A stretch of 64,000 nucleotides of DNA, from assembly GCA_976551045.1 (NCBI GenBank), contig CDPCPM010000311.1, positions 186,001 through 250,000 of the forward strand. Direction: 5' to 3'. Below are positions 63,271 through 64,000 of this stretch, piece by piece (position 1 is the first letter of the stretch; each line of letters begins with the position of its first letter). The translations under genes were made by a program, and so were the position numbers. Under the pieces are notes generated by a model. It was not told the origin of the DNA, searched no databases, and saw nothing but the letters and a program-made list of their open reading frames with translations. This DNA comes from Glaucostegus cemiculus. Lineage: Eukaryota.

Positions 63271-64000
63271 AGTAAAAGACTACTCAAATAATCTGTGAAG
63301 TATCAAAATGTCCTGTCTAGGGTTAAACTTGCACTTGTCATAATTTTTGGACCTGTTTTTTAATCAGTATTTCTCATTGTAATCTACCATGCCAGTACTC
63401 TTTCTAAATTTGCCACATCAACTGATATAATGGAATTGCTTTCTTGGGGCCACTTTGTGAAATCCCGCTCCATCTTGTACATAAAAGAAACTTTTGTTCA
63501 TTAATTTCATAATGAATATAAAATAATGCTGCTTAAAAACTTAATGCAAATGCAGGGATTACAGTCAGTAATTAAGTCAAGAGCTTTAGTTTTAATGACC
63601 TAGTAACTTAATTGTTTAAGCAAAATTCCCACTGCATGTTATTTGTAGTGTGCAGTTCAAATTAGCATAAAAACAACTTGGGGAATTATCAAGAGTAAAG
63701 TATACCCAGAAGGTGCATTGATATTTGAACTGAATAGGTTAGTAGAACTGCAATGTGAAGGGAGGACATTTGGCCCATTGTGCTCCTGTCTCACCTGGGG
63801 AAGATGTATGTCAGGAGTTTTTGTATGCAATAATTACAACCATTTTTAGCAAAAGGGATCTGATTTCCTGAAAATGATCATAATTATGGCATGTGAGAAC
63901 TGGTGCATCCTTTGTCTCAGTTGGACCTAAGAGTTCCCCCTAGAATTGTAGTGTGGATTCTCTCCATAATACTGCACAATGCAACAAATCCAATAAAATA

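Noticed and set aside
1-64000. CRISPR arrays, operons, defence or other prokaryotic systems
   Set aside because: The sequence is a spliced vertebrate gene with retroelement-rich introns; no regularly spaced repeats or dense ORFs.

Overview
Eukaryotic, intron-rich vertebrate DNA. The repeat content (V-SINE/HE1-like, Deu-domain SINEs, CR1, RTE, Rex1/Babar and Penelope-derived palindromes) suggests a cartilaginous fish; this is an inference. The window holds the 3' part of one + strand gene, PPIP5K1 (inositol pyrophosphate kinase/phosphatase, VIP1 family). I mapped 16 GT-AG exons by hand (2964-56194) that splice in one continuous frame of about 783 codons. They cover the distal histidine acid phosphatase-like domain and the disordered C-terminal region; the kinase-domain exons lie upstream of the window. 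Nearly all other ORFs in the track are intronic noise or LINE debris. No prokaryotic-type system is present. The best leads are extra splice-site-bounded segments in the phase-1 cassette region: a 39-nt in-frame microexon, a possible transmembrane tail-anchor terminal exon with its own AATAAA, a 630-nt decayed or poison exon, and other poison or terminal candidates. Also notable are a 76-bp-arm intronic hairpin and decayed minimal hammerhead ribozyme motifs in Penelope-derived repeats. Homology calls come from recall, not searches.
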